Assembly: GCA_050012795.1 (NCBI GenBank)
Contig: JBEKGM010000006.1
Location: forward strand, 27,626 to 91,625
DNA from: Candidatus Bathyarchaeia archaeon
GTDB taxonomy: Archaea; Thermoproteota; Bathyarchaeia; 40CM-2-53-6
Direction: 5' to 3'
Length of the DNA: 64,000 nucleotides
In this document: positions 46,697-55,948 of the stretch, one piece after another
Numbering within the stretch: the stretch's first letter is position 1
Layout of the letters: each line of letters opens with the position of its first letter
Notes under the pieces: generated by a model
The model's database searches: none
What the model saw: the letters and a program-made list of their open reading frames with translations, nothing else
Told to the model about the DNA's origin: nothing
Translations under genes and position numbers: made by a program

Positions 46697-47857
46697 CTAG
46701 TTTTCTAGAGGGACCCAGCGGTCAGTCTGTTCTGATTCGACGATCGCGTCCATTATCAGACAGTTCCGGTAGCCATCATGGAAGTTTGCTCCGATGGGAG
46801 TTATCGACTTGTTGTTCACGACGCAATCAGTAAAATGATACAGTTCGTTAACGAAACTGTGCTCCCAACCGAAGCCTCCACCCTGTTCGGTCCAGAACCT
46901 TTCCATCATTGGATGTGTCTTCGAGGTTGTCCAAACATCACGGAACCCTCGAATATCGTTCGGATCCTTAAGACTGCATATTTCAAGTTCATTCAGCCTT
47001 TCTAGGTTGAATCGAAGCGAGCCTTCGTTTCCTGTGACCTCAAACCTGAGGAAATCTTTTCTTCCGGGCGCCATCCAACTCGCCTCAATTGTTCCCAATG
47101 CTCCGTTAGAGAATTTTACAGCCGCCACGGCTAAGTCCTCAACTTCCACTTTACCCTTCACCGATGGCTTGTCTACGAGTGGACGTTCTTTGACGAATGT
47201 TGCCGTAGCGCCGGCGACTGATGAAATTTCGCCAACAAGGTACCGTGCTAGGTCGATTATGTGTGACCCCAGGTCGCCGATTGCTCCGTGTCCCGCAGTT
47301 TCAATCTTGAAATGCCAGTCTAGAGGAAACTCGGGATTGATGTAGCCCCAGTCTCCCACCTCAACGTTGAGGTATGCGCCTCGAAAGTTGAGAACTCGGC
47401 CGATGAATCCTTCTTCTATCAGTTTCTTAGCGTAGTTGACGGCGGGGATGAATCTGTAGTTGAAGCCCGTCATGTTAACCACTCTCGCCTTGTCGGCGGC
47501 ACGCACCATCTCCTCCGCCTCTTTTGCAGTTCTTGCCAGTGGTTTCTCGCATAACACAGGTTTGCCGGCTTCGCATGCAACTATGGCCGGCTCGGAGTGA
47601 ACGTTAGGAGGGGTGCAAATGTCGACTACTTCAACCTCCGGGTCCTGAATTAATGAGCGCCAGTCTTTGTAGGTCCGTTTGTACCCGAATCTTTCAGCAA
47701 AAGATTTTGTAAGTTCTTGATTTCTTCCGCTAACAGCCACCAGTTTTGGACGTTTAGGAAGCGGGTAGTAGAATATTGGTAAATTGAGCCACGCGTATGA
47801 ATGCACTCTCGCGATGTTGTACCCTATCATTCCTACGCTTAACTCAGAATTTTGCAC
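46697..47857 (-). CDS. Gfo/Idh/MocA family oxidoreductase
   Basis: 386 aa with VGMIGYN..., VLCEKPLA and a C-terminal alpha/beta domain. Confidence 0.8.
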   Translation of the reverse strand: MQNSELSVGMIGYNIARVHSYAWLNLPIFYYPLPKRPKLVAVSGRNQELTKSFAERFGYKRTYKDWRSLIQDPEVEVVDICTPPNVHSEPAIVACEAGKPVLCEKPLARTAKEAEEMVRAADKARVVNMTGFNYRFIPAVNYAKKLIEEGFIGRVLNFRGAYLNVEVGDWGYINPEFPLDWHFKIETAGHGAIGDLGSHIIDLARYLVGEISSVAGATATFVKERPLVDKPSVKGKVEVEDLAVAAVKFSNGALGTIEASWMAPGRKDFLRFEVTGNEGSLRFNLERLNELEICSLKDPNDIRGFRDVWTTSKTHPMMERFWTEQGGGFGWEHSFVNELYHFTDCVVNNKSITPIGANFHDGYRNCLIMDAIVESEQTDRWVPLEN

Positions 47858-47910
47858 TGATTACCACTTCACGACTCGCCGAGTCGACTCAGTCGATGAT
47901 CAGGCGGTTC

Positions 47911-49176
47911 TTAGGGCTTGACGGTTACTTTAGCGTCCTCTCTGCTGAGCAGCTTTTCCAAAGCTTTTGGTACGTCTGAGATCGGGTATCTTCCGGTGAT
48001 GATATTGGTCGTGTCGAGTCTTCCTGACGCCATCAATTTGATGACGCTTGGCCAGACTCCTGCTCCTGCATGTCCTTGGGTCCCGTAGGCCTGCAGCGCT
48101 CTGACTTGGTACATTTCGAAGAAGACGGGCGCGGCTTTGTCTGCCCTTCCTATATCCACAATCTTCCCGCCGATCGTCATGCATTTCTCGGCTTGTGGCA
48201 TGATGAAGCTTGGGTCACCCGCTGCCTCAACGTGCATGTCAACACCTTCGCCGCCAGTGAGTTCGTTTACTTTCTCCCAGGGTTCGGTTCCCGATTTCTT
48301 CAATTCGAATGGGTCAAAGACGTCGTTTGCGCCAACTTCTCTTGCGATTTGGGCGCGTTTCGTGCGTGGTTCAAATGCGATTATCTTCCCTGCTCCGGCC
48401 GCCTTCGCAAGCCCTATGGCTCCTAACCCTATTGGTCCGGTTCCCCAGACTGCAACAGATGATCCTGGTTTGAATCCTCCTGCACGAATGAACATTCCGT
48501 TATAGGCTACGCAGGCCGGTTCAATGAGTGATCCTGCTTCGAAGACCTTGTCGTCGGTACGGTATACTTTCTTGAAGTCGTTGATCTTCCAGCAGAACTT
48601 CTGATGTATCTTCATGTACTGTTGGAATCCACCGTCATCGGTGAAACCCATCTCCATCAGGTTTACGCACTGGTTGAAGTTGCCTGTTCTACACGGGTCA
48701 CATTCGTTACAATACCACATTTCTTCGCAGACAACGTAATCCCCGACTTTAACGCCAGTGACTTCATTTCCAACCTTCTCAATTATTCCGCCCAATTCGT
48801 GTCCCATGACTACGGGCGTCTTCACAAGTCCAGGATAGAGTATGTAACCGTCCTTGTCACTCTCGTACATGTGCAGATCCGAACCGCATATTCCACACGC
48901 CTTCAGATGCACAAGCACTTCTTTAGAGCCGATCTCCGGGATCGGAATATCTTCAACCTGAACTCGTGGCTTATGCCAGACACGACTTGCATAAGTCGCT
49001 CTTCGAGTTCTCACTTCCTCATCGGTTGGTTTGTAACTATCTCTCGGTTTCCAATCAGCATGTAAGACTGCTGCTAATTGTTTCTGAGCCAATTTGATCG
49101 TTGCCGGATTCCGCGAGCGCGGTAGAAAAGAATTGCCCATCGTTCTCAATCTCCATTCTGCCACGCGAAATGCCAC
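47911..49176 (-). CDS. Zinc-dependent dehydrogenase (MDR family) with a ~70-aa N-terminal extension
   Basis: CGICGSDLH...GHE, structural Zn CNECDPCRTGNFNQC and Rossmann segment VWGTGPIG. Confidence 0.8.
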   Translation of the reverse strand: MAFRVAEWRLRTMGNSFLPRSRNPATIKLAQKQLAAVLHADWKPRDSYKPTDEEVRTRRATYASRVWHKPRVQVEDIPIPEIGSKEVLVHLKACGICGSDLHMYESDKDGYILYPGLVKTPVVMGHELGGIIEKVGNEVTGVKVGDYVVCEEMWYCNECDPCRTGNFNQCVNLMEMGFTDDGGFQQYMKIHQKFCWKINDFKKVYRTDDKVFEAGSLIEPACVAYNGMFIRAGGFKPGSSVAVWGTGPIGLGAIGLAKAAGAGKIIAFEPRTKRAQIAREVGANDVFDPFELKKSGTEPWEKVNELTGGEGVDMHVEAAGDPSFIMPQAEKCMTIGGKIVDIGRADKAAPVFFEMYQVRALQAYGTQGHAGAGVWPSVIKLMASGRLDTTNIITGRYPISDVPKALEKLLSREDAKVTVKP

Positions 49177-49219
49177 CGGCGCGTGAACAAAACTAACTTA
49201 ACATACATCGTAAGACTCG

Positions 49220-50281
49220 ATGCGAGTGGGGTTCAGAATGGCTAGGCAAGTGACGTTCGGTGCTATCGGAATGGGCAGAATGGGGTTGTGGCATGCGAAA
49301 GATCTGAAATCCAGAGTCCCAGGTGCAGAACTTATCGCGGTTTCAGATATTGATAAGCCATCAGCAATGAGGGGCGGTAAGGAACTTGCCGTTCCATGGT
49401 ATCAGGATTACACGAAGCTCTTGAAGTTAAAGGACCTTGACGCCGTTTGTGTGGTCACTTCTACAGATACGCACGCAGCAATCTCTACGGAAGCAGCTGA
49501 ACTAGGATTGCACGTGTTTGTTGAGAAACCGATGGCCACGAGAAGAAGAGATGCTGATCAGTTGAAGAGGGCTGTAAGGAAATCTGGAGTCAAGCTCCAA
49601 GTAGGCTTCATGCGCCGATTTGACCCTGCTTACGCACACGCAAAAAAACGCGTTGAGAAGGGCGATATTGGAAGGCCCTTGGTGTTCAAATCAATTAGCA
49701 GGGACCCGTTTCCACCCCCTCCGTGGGCATGCGACCCCAAGCGCGGAGGAGGCTTACAGATTGAGATGCATGCACATGACTACGATTTAGGCCGCTGGTT
49801 CATGAAAAGCGAGGTTAACACAGTCTACACGCAGGGGGAATGTCTTGTCTTCCCTGATATCAAGAAGAAAATTCCAGAATTCGTAGACAACACAGTGATC
49901 ACTCTCAGCTTCAACAACAGAAGCATAGGAGTAATTGAAGGAAGTTTGAACGCCAAGTACGGATATGACGTAAGGGCTGAAATTTACGGTAGCGAGGGTA
50001 TGGTGTCGATTGGTGCAATCCAAAGGGTTCCAGTGGTAGTGTGCACGACGCGGGGCGCTAATGCTGAAACATCCTACCTAGGAGAAGATCAGATTCCACA
50101 TTTTGCTCAAAGATTCGGTCCGGCTTACCTCGCGGAGAAGATTCACTTCGTGAAAACGATAAGAGAAGACTTGAAAGCAACACCTAGTCTCGAAGACGGT
50201 AGAGCCGCGTTGGAAATCGGCCTGGCGGCTTTTGGATCGACTAACACTAAGAAGCCTGTTAGGGTTTCTCGGAAGGGCTAG
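49220..50281 (+). CDS. Gfo/Idh/MocA family oxidoreductase (inositol-2-dehydrogenase-like)
   Basis: FGAIGMGRMG Rossmann segment and VFVEKPMA. 353 aa. Confidence 0.8.
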   Translation: MRVGFRMARQVTFGAIGMGRMGLWHAKDLKSRVPGAELIAVSDIDKPSAMRGGKELAVPWYQDYTKLLKLKDLDAVCVVTSTDTHAAISTEAAELGLHVFVEKPMATRRRDADQLKRAVRKSGVKLQVGFMRRFDPAYAHAKKRVEKGDIGRPLVFKSISRDPFPPPPWACDPKRGGGLQIEMHAHDYDLGRWFMKSEVNTVYTQGECLVFPDIKKKIPEFVDNTVITLSFNNRSIGVIEGSLNAKYGYDVRAEIYGSEGMVSIGAIQRVPVVVCTTRGANAETSYLGEDQIPHFAQRFGPAYLAEKIHFVKTIREDLKATPSLEDGRAALEIGLAAFGSTNTKKPVRVSRKG

Positions 50282-50293
50282 TTGATGCCTACT

Positions 50294-51511
50294 TCAGGTG
50301 TATGACGTCAACTTCCTTTCCAGTTTTATCTTCTTTAATCGAGCATATTCCGGTAATGGTCCACCAATTAGTGGTGTAGCGTAGTCTATGAACGCCTTAG
50401 TTACGAAGTTAGAGTTCTTGTTGATGAACTCGTCGGGAACACTTCTAGTCCGTAAGGCGATCTTATCGAGGTCTACGAGGCCAGTGTCTGAAACGTAGGG
50501 TTCATTCCGTTTTCTGACTAAGGTGACCATCTTATCAGATTCACCCTCGATGGCCTTTGATAGGGCAGCCTGCCCCACGCGGTAGGCTTCATCAAGGTCA
50601 ACCTGTGATGCGCATTGCATCGACACTCTTTGGATTGTCCCCGCCTTGTCGTAACGCGCCTTGATCTTCAGTTTCTCTGAAATCAGGTTCACTAGGTAAT
50701 CGCCGACTCCGCCCAGCTGGACATGTCCGAACTTGTCAGTGTCGACTCCCTTTGTTGAGGCTTTGACGAATCGTCCACTCTCATCCTTCAATCCTTCACA
50801 TACTGAAAGCACGACGCGACCCAACCTATCGTAGACCTCTTTCACATCGTTGAGGAACTTGTCCTCAATGAAGGGGCGTTCGGGCAGGTAGATTAAGTGT
50901 GGACCACTGTCCTCCGTCTCCTTCGCCAACGATGTGCTGGCAGTTATCCAGCCTGTATCCCTACCCATTGTTTCAATGATCTTGATCGTGTCACTTGTGT
51001 AGATGGCGTCGGTGTCTAAACTGGAATCCCGAGTGGCTATTGCGTTGAATCTTGCCACGCTTCCATATCCTGGGCAGTGATCTGTTACTGGTAGGTCGTT
51101 GTCAACGGTCTTCGGCACACCCATAACTTTCAAGTCCAACTTTTTCTCAGCAGCCAGTTTGTGCACTTTGTGTGCCGTGTCCATCGAATCATTTCCCCCT
51201 GCGCACAGAAAGTACCCGACTTCATGGGCGGTGAGGACGTCCAACAGACGGTTGAAGTCGCGTTCCGAAAGTTTGTAGCGACATGAGCCTAACGCGGCCG
51301 ACGGTGTCCGCCTAAGGTCCCTAATTGATGTCGGGTCCTCTTGGCGCAGGTCCACAAGTTCCTCACGTAGCACTCCAAGAATTCCGTTCACGGCGCCGTA
51401 TATTCCGCTGATCTTTCCATGCTGGAGCGCTTCCTCAACGATTCCGCATAAGCTGCTGTTTATTACGGCTGTAGGCCCGCCGGACTGGGCGATTAGGAGA
51501 TTCTTTGGCAA
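50294..51511 (-). CDS. 6-phosphofructokinase family protein (long ATP/PPi-PFK type)
   Basis: LIAQSGGPTAVINS, GGNDS (variant of GGDGS/GGDDS), PKTVDNDL and MGR motifs. Confidence 0.75.
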   Translation of the reverse strand: MPKNLLIAQSGGPTAVINSSLCGIVEEALQHGKISGIYGAVNGILGVLREELVDLRQEDPTSIRDLRRTPSAALGSCRYKLSERDFNRLLDVLTAHEVGYFLCAGGNDSMDTAHKVHKLAAEKKLDLKVMGVPKTVDNDLPVTDHCPGYGSVARFNAIATRDSSLDTDAIYTSDTIKIIETMGRDTGWITASTSLAKETEDSGPHLIYLPERPFIEDKFLNDVKEVYDRLGRVVLSVCEGLKDESGRFVKASTKGVDTDKFGHVQLGGVGDYLVNLISEKLKIKARYDKAGTIQRVSMQCASQVDLDEAYRVGQAALSKAIEGESDKMVTLVRKRNEPYVSDTGLVDLDKIALRTRSVPDEFINKNSNFVTKAFIDYATPLIGGPLPEYARLKKIKLERKLTSYT

Positions 51512-51515
51512 GTTC

Positions 51516-52553
51516 TCACTTTAGGACGGCCGTTAGTCTGTCTAACGCTTTTCCATGTACGCTTGTGATATGTGACATTGCTTGCTCCATGCTGTAATTC
51601 TGGTGAACGATCCTACTGACCGCGTTTGCAATGGCCGAAGGGTCTTCTCGGCCTGGAAAGAGGATGTTTCTTCCAACTAACGCTCCCCTCACGTTGCTGC
51701 CTGCAGCTAATCCCTTAGTGAACTCCCTTAGAACGGGTGCTGGGTCGCCTAATGCTTCTCCGCCCAGCATGAGAATTGGGCAGGTAGTAGCTTTCGCAAC
51801 CGTGTCGAACCCATCGCAATATGGAATCTTCAGCCAGATTCCTCTAGAGGAGTCGCCAAGCGCGGTTGCGACACCAATAGCCTTGATTAGCCCCTCTGCA
51901 GTTTTCACCATCTTGTACCCGTTAGCAGCGTGTTCCACCGTGAAGGCTTCGAGGAAGGCGGGAATAGAGTACTTGTTGAGTTCAGTGACTGCTCTCGCGC
52001 AGGATTCAATAGTGCGAAGCGTACGGTCGTCCTTCAGATCTAGCCGGAACATGAATTTCGCGCCATCTAATCTAAGATGATTAATTGATTCTGCCGTAAA
52101 TGAAGTAAATCGATCATCCATCTCGAACGAGCTGCCGCTTAGTCCACCACGGTTCATGCAGCCTATCAATACCTTGTTGTCCAAGAAGCTCTCACCGCCT
52201 CGGTCAACGAAGAGCTGATCAACTATTAACAAATCCTCGATTATGTCAGTCGTTCCCATCACCCCGTCGAATTCAGGACTTAAAATCACTCGCAGTGCAC
52301 GCCCAAGGTATTCCCGTCTGTTCCCCATCAGTAACGGGTCACTTCCAGACCTCGTTATTCCTCTAGCAGGATGATCGCAGGCGAGGATTGCGAGCTTACC
52401 GTCAGAGGTGAGTTTCTGTCGTCGCTTTCTACACATTGCAGACTTTTCGATTATTCCAGGGTTATCTACTCTAACCTCGGTAATCGTTCTGAATATTCTC
52501 TCCGGGAAGAAGACTTGAAGGTCAAATTCATAGCTAGACGTGAGTGAACTCAT
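51516..52553 (-). CDS. Class I aldolase-like TIM-barrel protein (DeoC/FbaB(DhnA)/LacD superfamily)
   Basis: 345 aa with LAILACDH, DGAKFMFRL (candidate Schiff-base Lys) and a C-terminal GALVGRNILF typical of this superfamily. Substrate unknown. Confidence 0.5.
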   Translation of the reverse strand: MSSLTSSYEFDLQVFFPERIFRTITEVRVDNPGIIEKSAMCRKRRQKLTSDGKLAILACDHPARGITRSGSDPLLMGNRREYLGRALRVILSPEFDGVMGTTDIIEDLLIVDQLFVDRGGESFLDNKVLIGCMNRGGLSGSSFEMDDRFTSFTAESINHLRLDGAKFMFRLDLKDDRTLRTIESCARAVTELNKYSIPAFLEAFTVEHAANGYKMVKTAEGLIKAIGVATALGDSSRGIWLKIPYCDGFDTVAKATTCPILMLGGEALGDPAPVLREFTKGLAAGSNVRGALVGRNILFPGREDPSAIANAVSRIVHQNYSMEQAMSHITSVHGKALDRLTAVLK

Positions 52554-52625
52554 ATAATTCCGGTCTCCGATGTCAGGAAAAATGAGTCTGCTATTTGAGA
52601 ATTCGCTTCTTGACGCGACGATGTT

Positions 52626-53591
52626 TCAACAAGATGCAATATTCACTCGACCGTGTAGCTTGGCGATTCCGTTGGATATTGTCTTCGCACGTTCCTCCAC
52701 TTCCTTCCGGGTGCCGAAATAGGCAGGCCCAACCTTCTCCACCACAAACGATGCAACTGCTGAACCGATCGCCGCTGACCAGGCGAGGTCCCCTGTTTTA
52801 CTCCAAGTTACGAGGAACGCTCCAACAAGAGCATCGCCGGCTCCCGTGGGATCCCGGACTCTAGTTTTGTATGCGGGCACTGCATAGACTCCGTGTTCTT
52901 TTGACCATACCGTTGTTCCTGCTCTCCCTTTAGTGATGAGAACGATTTCGGGGCCAAGCGAGCGAAGTCTGAGAGACGTCCCCGTCCCAATTCCAATCAA
53001 ACCTGAAGCTTCATCCTCAGACACTTTCAGAACGTCAAGATGTTTCAGGAGGGCCCGATTCGACCACTTCGACCTCTGAACCCGGCCGTCTCGAAGAACG
53101 TGACGCAAGTATCCCTGCGGGTCCAAAGAGGTTACTGCATTTCGATTCGTGAGTGAGATTGCAAGCGAGAGAGGAATTTCATTCAATATCGGGCCCATAT
53201 GTAGTGCGGAGCAGGCGGGAAAGTCGGAAAGGTCACGGCGACTTAGGGAAGCGCATTTCGAGGCTGCCCACATGAACCTGTTGCCGTCTACGTACTTTAT
53301 CTTGAATGCAGTCGTTCGCGAATTGCATTCTCGAACTTGATCGATGACTACTCCCCGGGAGCCCAGCCAGAGGAGTCTATCTTTACCATAATCCCGTCCC
53401 ACCTTGCTTCCTACAACAACAGACGCATTGAGTGCGCGAGCACCTAGACTCGCATAGACGCACGGGCTTCCCATTTGCGGAGCATAATGCTTGCCTCCGC
53501 GTGAGATGTAATCCAGCGTAAGGTGTCCGATTACTCCCAAATCGTACTTGCGATGAGACCCAGACTGATCTGCCAGCACACGCTCTGACAT
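52626..53591 (-). CDS. PfkB/ribokinase-family sugar(-acid) kinase
   Basis: N-terminal GG-type motif region and the C-terminal anion-hole motif DPTGAGDA. Confidence 0.8.
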   Translation of the reverse strand: MSERVLADQSGSHRKYDLGVIGHLTLDYISRGGKHYAPQMGSPCVYASLGARALNASVVVGSKVGRDYGKDRLLWLGSRGVVIDQVRECNSRTTAFKIKYVDGNRFMWAASKCASLSRRDLSDFPACSALHMGPILNEIPLSLAISLTNRNAVTSLDPQGYLRHVLRDGRVQRSKWSNRALLKHLDVLKVSEDEASGLIGIGTGTSLRLRSLGPEIVLITKGRAGTTVWSKEHGVYAVPAYKTRVRDPTGAGDALVGAFLVTWSKTGDLAWSAAIGSAVASFVVEKVGPAYFGTRKEVEERAKTISNGIAKLHGRVNIASC

Positions 53592-53754
53592 GCAGAATCG
53601 AGAATTAGACTTGATGGCTCATTCCTTCTCGCACTTATTGCTCGAATTACACCTTCATTATTAGAGTGCTGCCCAAGGCCCGCGCTCACTATCCTAGCTA
53701 CAAACAGCTTGATTACTAGGGAAAACCTTCTCAGGAAAAAAGCTGCGTGAAGTA

Positions 53755-54582
53755 ATGCGTTTTTCCTTCGTAGTCTCCAGTGGACTTGGGTACAGGATTC
53801 AAGACCTCTTTCATAGTGAATCATCCTTCAAAGAATTCGAGCAAGCTCTGCGAACCATCAAGGAACATGGGTTCGAGGGCGTTGAGCTTAACATCAGCTT
53901 CGACGACCAGAGCAAGCTTAGTCGAATCAAGGCGGCAATAGATACCTCCGGACTGAAACTGGCAGCCGTTGGAACCGGCATGGTGTACGTTAGGGAACGA
54001 CTCTCTTTAACCGATACCGATCCCGAGAAACGTTCAAAGGCGCTTGCAATTGTGAAAAACCTGATCCGCTTTGCTTCTCTCGAGCAGGCAGTACTAATAA
54101 TTGGAATGGTGAGAGGTTCTCCTTCACAACCCGACAAGGCAACTGACGATTACCTGCGTGAAGGCCTGAGAGAATGCGATAGAGAAGCGAAACAGAACAG
54201 GGTACGAATCGCGTTAGAGGCCATAAATAGGTATGAGACAAGTCTCCTCAACACAGCAGCTGACGCGTCCCACATAATTGATCAAGAGAAACTCACCGCC
54301 ACTGGTCTTCTCCTAGATACATTCCACATGAATATTGAAGAACAATCGATCGCCGATTCAATTCGAAACAACGCAACTAGAATAGTGCACTTCCACATAG
54401 CTGACAGCGACCGTTGGCCTCCGGGTCACGGACACCTGGAGATAGCTACATTGCTACGCATCCTAGAGGACTCAGGGTACGAAGGGTGGGTATCGACGGA
54501 AGCTCTACCAAACCCAAACAACTCACTAGCTGTAGCTCACACAGCCGAGTTTCTGAAAAGTCATAAACTCATGCGACCCTGA
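53755..54582 (+). CDS. Xylose-isomerase-like TIM-barrel protein
   Basis: 275 aa with GFEGVEL, ALEAINRYET, LLLDTFHMNIEE and VHFHIADS...PGHGHLE. Confidence 0.75.
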   Translation: MRFSFVVSSGLGYRIQDLFHSESSFKEFEQALRTIKEHGFEGVELNISFDDQSKLSRIKAAIDTSGLKLAAVGTGMVYVRERLSLTDTDPEKRSKALAIVKNLIRFASLEQAVLIIGMVRGSPSQPDKATDDYLREGLRECDREAKQNRVRIALEAINRYETSLLNTAADASHIIDQEKLTATGLLLDTFHMNIEEQSIADSIRNNATRIVHFHIADSDRWPPGHGHLEIATLLRILEDSGYEGWVSTEALPNPNNSLAVAHTAEFLKSHKLMRP

Positions 54583-54670
54583 ACCTCACAGTTTGGTGTA
54601 TCACCAAGTCATGTTGTAGTCCATTACGCTTAAACGGTAGTTCCCTTTCTGCGAATTATCTCGATAGCTA

Positions 54671-55915
54671 ATGGTCACCAAAAGCTCACTGGCATTGTAC
54701 GGCGGAAAACCCGTGAGGCCGGAACCGCTCCCTGTGATGCATCCGGGCTCCTCTCAAATTGACGATGAAGAGATAAACGCAGTTCTTGAAGTTCTCAAAT
54801 CTCAATCACTCTACCGATTCTACGGACCAAAATTCATGAACATCACTGGCAAGTTTGAGAAAGAGTTCAGGGAGTATGTTGGAGTCAAATATGCTCTGGC
54901 AGTATCCTCCGGAACCGCGGCATTACACTGTACACTCGTAGGTCTCGGCGTAGGCCACGGAGACGAGGTGATCCTGCCAACTTACGGGTGGGTTGCTTGC
55001 CCCGACGCAATCGTTGCAAGCGGCGCAACGCCCGTACTGGCGAACGTTGATGAATCATTGACACTCGACCCCGCAGATGTTGAAGCAAAGATCACGAACC
55101 GTACCAAGGCCATTCTGGCAGTGCACATTAGAGGAGTCCCCTGCGACCTCGACGCGTTATCCAAGATTGCGAAAAAGTACCAAGTGCTTCTGGTCGAAGA
55201 CGTGGCGCAATGCGGCGGAGGAACATACCATGGAAAGAAACTTGGCTCAATAGGGGATGCCGGATCCTTCAGTTTCCAACTCAACAAGATGATTTCAGCA
55301 GGCGAAGGCGGCGCAGTGGCCACGAACGACCAAACAACGTACGAACGGGCAGTAATGTTCGCTGACGTCGGCACACCCTACCGTGCATTTTCGGAGAAGA
55401 ACTTCAACTCCACAATCAAACCGTTTCCTGGAGTCAACTATAGACAGAATGAAATTTCCTCCGCGATACTCCGAGTACAGCTCAAGAAGATGGATGCAGT
55501 TGTTTCGAAAATCAGAGCCAACAAGGCAGTGATCAAGAAGGGCATGTCGGACATTAGCGGCGTGAAATTCAGGAAGCTACCGGACCCTCAAGGTGAAGTG
55601 GCTGTAGGTCTCGTGTTCTTTGTCGAAACTCCGGAAAAGGCAAGAGCGTTCAGGGACGCGTTAAGAGCTGAGAACATTCGAACCGAGAGCGGCGCCTACC
55701 CCGGCGTCCTATACGACCCAGCAGTGACTGACGGTCACGTATTCCTTCATTGGGGTCACATAATCAAAGGCCTAGAACGCGTAAGAGACAAGTATGCGCA
55801 GTCCATCAACCTCATGAGTCGAGCAGTACACCTTGACATTAGCCCTCTACTGAGCGAAAGCGACCTTAAGGACGTCGACACCGCCTTACACAAAGTTGCT
55901 AGCGTAGTATTGTAG
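54671..55915 (+). CDS. DegT/DnrJ/EryC1/StrS-family PLP aminotransferase (sugar/cyclitol ketone aminotransferase type)
   Basis: 414 aa with LALYGGKPVR..., SSGTAALH and FSFQLNKMISAGEGG (PLP-Lys context). Confidence 0.75.
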   Translation: MVTKSSLALYGGKPVRPEPLPVMHPGSSQIDDEEINAVLEVLKSQSLYRFYGPKFMNITGKFEKEFREYVGVKYALAVSSGTAALHCTLVGLGVGHGDEVILPTYGWVACPDAIVASGATPVLANVDESLTLDPADVEAKITNRTKAILAVHIRGVPCDLDALSKIAKKYQVLLVEDVAQCGGGTYHGKKLGSIGDAGSFSFQLNKMISAGEGGAVATNDQTTYERAVMFADVGTPYRAFSEKNFNSTIKPFPGVNYRQNEISSAILRVQLKKMDAVVSKIRANKAVIKKGMSDISGVKFRKLPDPQGEVAVGLVFFVETPEKARAFRDALRAENIRTESGAYPGVLYDPAVTDGHVFLHWGHIIKGLERVRDKYAQSINLMSRAVHLDISPLLSESDLKDVDTALHKVASVVL

Positions 55916-55948
55916 GCGGAATCACCGACAGAATTCATACCCGTGTAA

